A program made the translations under genes and the position numbers. From a virus (taxonomy: Duplodnaviria > Caudoviricetes), in IMG/VR virus record IMGVR_UViG_3300048835_001014, positions 1 to 54,893 of that record: a DNA stretch of 54,893 nucleotides; one strand, written 5' to 3'. A model generated the notes under the pieces. The model ran no database searches, was not told where the DNA came from, and saw only the letters and a program-made list of their open reading frames with translations. Shown in pieces: positions 53,485 to 54,893 of the stretch (positions are counted from its first letter, which is position 1; each line of letters opens with the position of its first letter).

Positions 53485-54893
53485 GCATGCTCGCTGTCAC
53501 CATCGGAGTCGGTCGTTGCGCCTCGCTGGCTATTGAGGCAGCCTATCGCTGCCGCCATTTCACCGGCCTGGACGTCGTGATACTGAACGAGGCCCACCAG
53601 CACCGGTACCGCGTCGCCGAAGCGCACCATTTGAAGTTTCACCTCTTCGACATCCTGCCCGACGTAGATCGACTGTTGTACTTCGACGCTGACCTGTGGT
53701 TCGTCGCGGCTTGGAATCCAACGGAGTTCCCCAGCCTCTCGGCTGTTCGCGACAACGAACTTTACGAAGGGATGCGCCGTGAGTGTGAGCGATTTGGCTT
53801 GGCCTCCGACCGCTACTTCAACTCGGGACTGCTGATCATCGACCGGAAACACGCAGAAGTGCTTCGGGCCGCCGAACGACTGCGACAGCGACACGGTCCA
53901 TTGTCGATCTGGCGAGACCAGACGTGGCTGAACCTGGCGACGAAGGAATGCGGCACGCCGGTTCACTTGATCCACCGCGCGTACAACACGTTTCCGATCC
54001 CGCACGACGGCGAGGCACCGGTCGTCGGGGCGCATGCTGCCGGGACCGACGCGACGTTCGCTGATTTGATGAGAGCGGTCTCGCAACTTCGCCGGCGCGG
54101 CTTGCCCACCACCCTGCAGGACGCCGGCAAGCTTTTCCAGTACACCGTTCATGGTGTCGGGTCCCATCGGCTTCTGCTCCGGGCGGACGGAACGATCGGA
54201 GTCGGTGCCGCTCAGCTCGAACGCTACTGGTACGTCGCCGGCGATCGACTCGTCCTCTGCTCCTGGACCGAAGACGCCGTTCACCTTCGTGAGCAGCGAC
54301 CCGGTGTGTGGCAGGGAAAGTGGCTCGGCTTCGGCAAGCATGACGTAACACTGGAACTCCATCGGGCTCAGTCGATCGTCGATGCCCTGCGGTCGCGCGA
54401 CGGCGAGTGGCTTGTCGGAGCGGAAGTCGGAGTCTGGCACGGCGAGACATCCGAATACCTGCTGCGCTCGCTTCCCCACCTGCACCTCCACATGGTCGAC
54501 CGCTGGCGAAAGTATCCGCCCAGCGCGACACCGAGCTCGCTAAAGCAGGCCAGCCAGGCGACCTTCGACACAGCAAGCCGGCAGGCAATTCAGGCGACGG
54601 TTTTCGCAGCGGATCGAAGAACAATCCACCGCCAGGCCTCGTTGCAGGCTGCTGTGTCGTTTGAAAACGGTTCCTTGGACTTCGTCGTGATCGACGCCGA
54701 GCACGGCTACGAGTCGGTCGTCGCCGACATCACGGCCTGGCTGCCGAAACTGAAGCCGAACGGAATCCTGTTCGGTCACGATTACGGGCATCCTCGGTTC
54801 CCTGGGGTGAAACGGGCGTTCGATGAACTATTGCCCGGCCCACTGACACTGGCTCCGGACTATCTGGTGTTTCAATGTAAGGAGGCCGCATGA
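53481..54893 (+). CDS. GT8 glycosyltransferase - beta domain - Methyltransf_24 fusion
   Basis: AGGAGG RBS, GTGA overlap; LYFDAD, YFNSG, DQTWLN; EVGVWHG, FVVIDAEHGY, LKPNG...GHDY. Confidence 0.88.
   Translation: MSMLAVTIGVGRCASLAIEAAYRCRHFTGLDVVILNEAHQHRYRVAEAHHLKFHLFDILPDVDRLLYFDADLWFVAAWNPTEFPSLSAVRDNELYEGMRRECERFGLASDRYFNSGLLIIDRKHAEVLRAAERLRQRHGPLSIWRDQTWLNLATKECGTPVHLIHRAYNTFPIPHDGEAPVVGAHAAGTDATFADLMRAVSQLRRRGLPTTLQDAGKLFQYTVHGVGSHRLLLRADGTIGVGAAQLERYWYVAGDRLVLCSWTEDAVHLREQRPGVWQGKWLGFGKHDVTLELHRAQSIVDALRSRDGEWLVGAEVGVWHGETSEYLLRSLPHLHLHMVDRWRKYPPSATPSSLKQASQATFDTASRQAIQATVFAADRRTIHRQASLQAAVSFENGSLDFVVIDAEHGYESVVADITAWLPKLKPNGILFGHDYGHPRFPGVKRAFDELLPGPLTLAPDYLVFQCKEAA

Larger units (their letters stand above)
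1389..54893 (+). mobile_element. Temperate siphovirus-like prophage (right end beyond window; att sites not identified)
   Basis: Ordered modules: serine recombinase, repressor/ImmA, replication, terminase, lambda-type portal, capsid, tail tube, tape measure; no sheath gene seen. Left boundary is approximate. Confidence 0.93.

Noticed and set aside
44273-54893. Diversity-generating retroelement or invertible tail cassette
   Set aside because: No reverse transcriptase, TR/VR pair or invertase seen

Overview
This GC-rich window is almost entirely one apparently intact temperate siphovirus-like prophage. The host is probably Planctomycetota (inferred from gene content only). The right end lies beyond the window and no att sites could be identified. 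Left to right: a divergent PD-(D/E)xK-like gene; a DUF2924 plus large serine recombinase integration module; a DUF5131/TcmP cargo pair; a frameshifted hsdM remnant; an XRE repressor with an ImmA/IrrE protease; two unknown genes; a phage sigma factor; a recombination/replication operon (PD-(D/E)xK nuclease, Sak4-like ATPase, DUF669 SSB, HNH, ERCC4, RecD2, NrS-1-like primase-helicase); an iteron origin; a cosQ-like site; a ParB-methyltransferase; an inverted block of small genes; a lambda-like terminase and portal; a protease-capsid fusion; a secreted-protein cassette where no ordinary lysin is found; and tail genes. The most striking part is the end of the tail operon: an 862-aa mucin-like Ser/Pro protein is translationally coupled to GT9, methyltransferase, GT71, ATP-grasp-like and GT8-methyltransferase genes, a candidate phage-encoded system for glycosylating the virion tail. 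Two distinct promoter-like motifs, each present three times with exact spacing, were read directly from the DNA. One likely defines the regulon of the phage sigma factor. All family calls come from motif recognition, not database searches.
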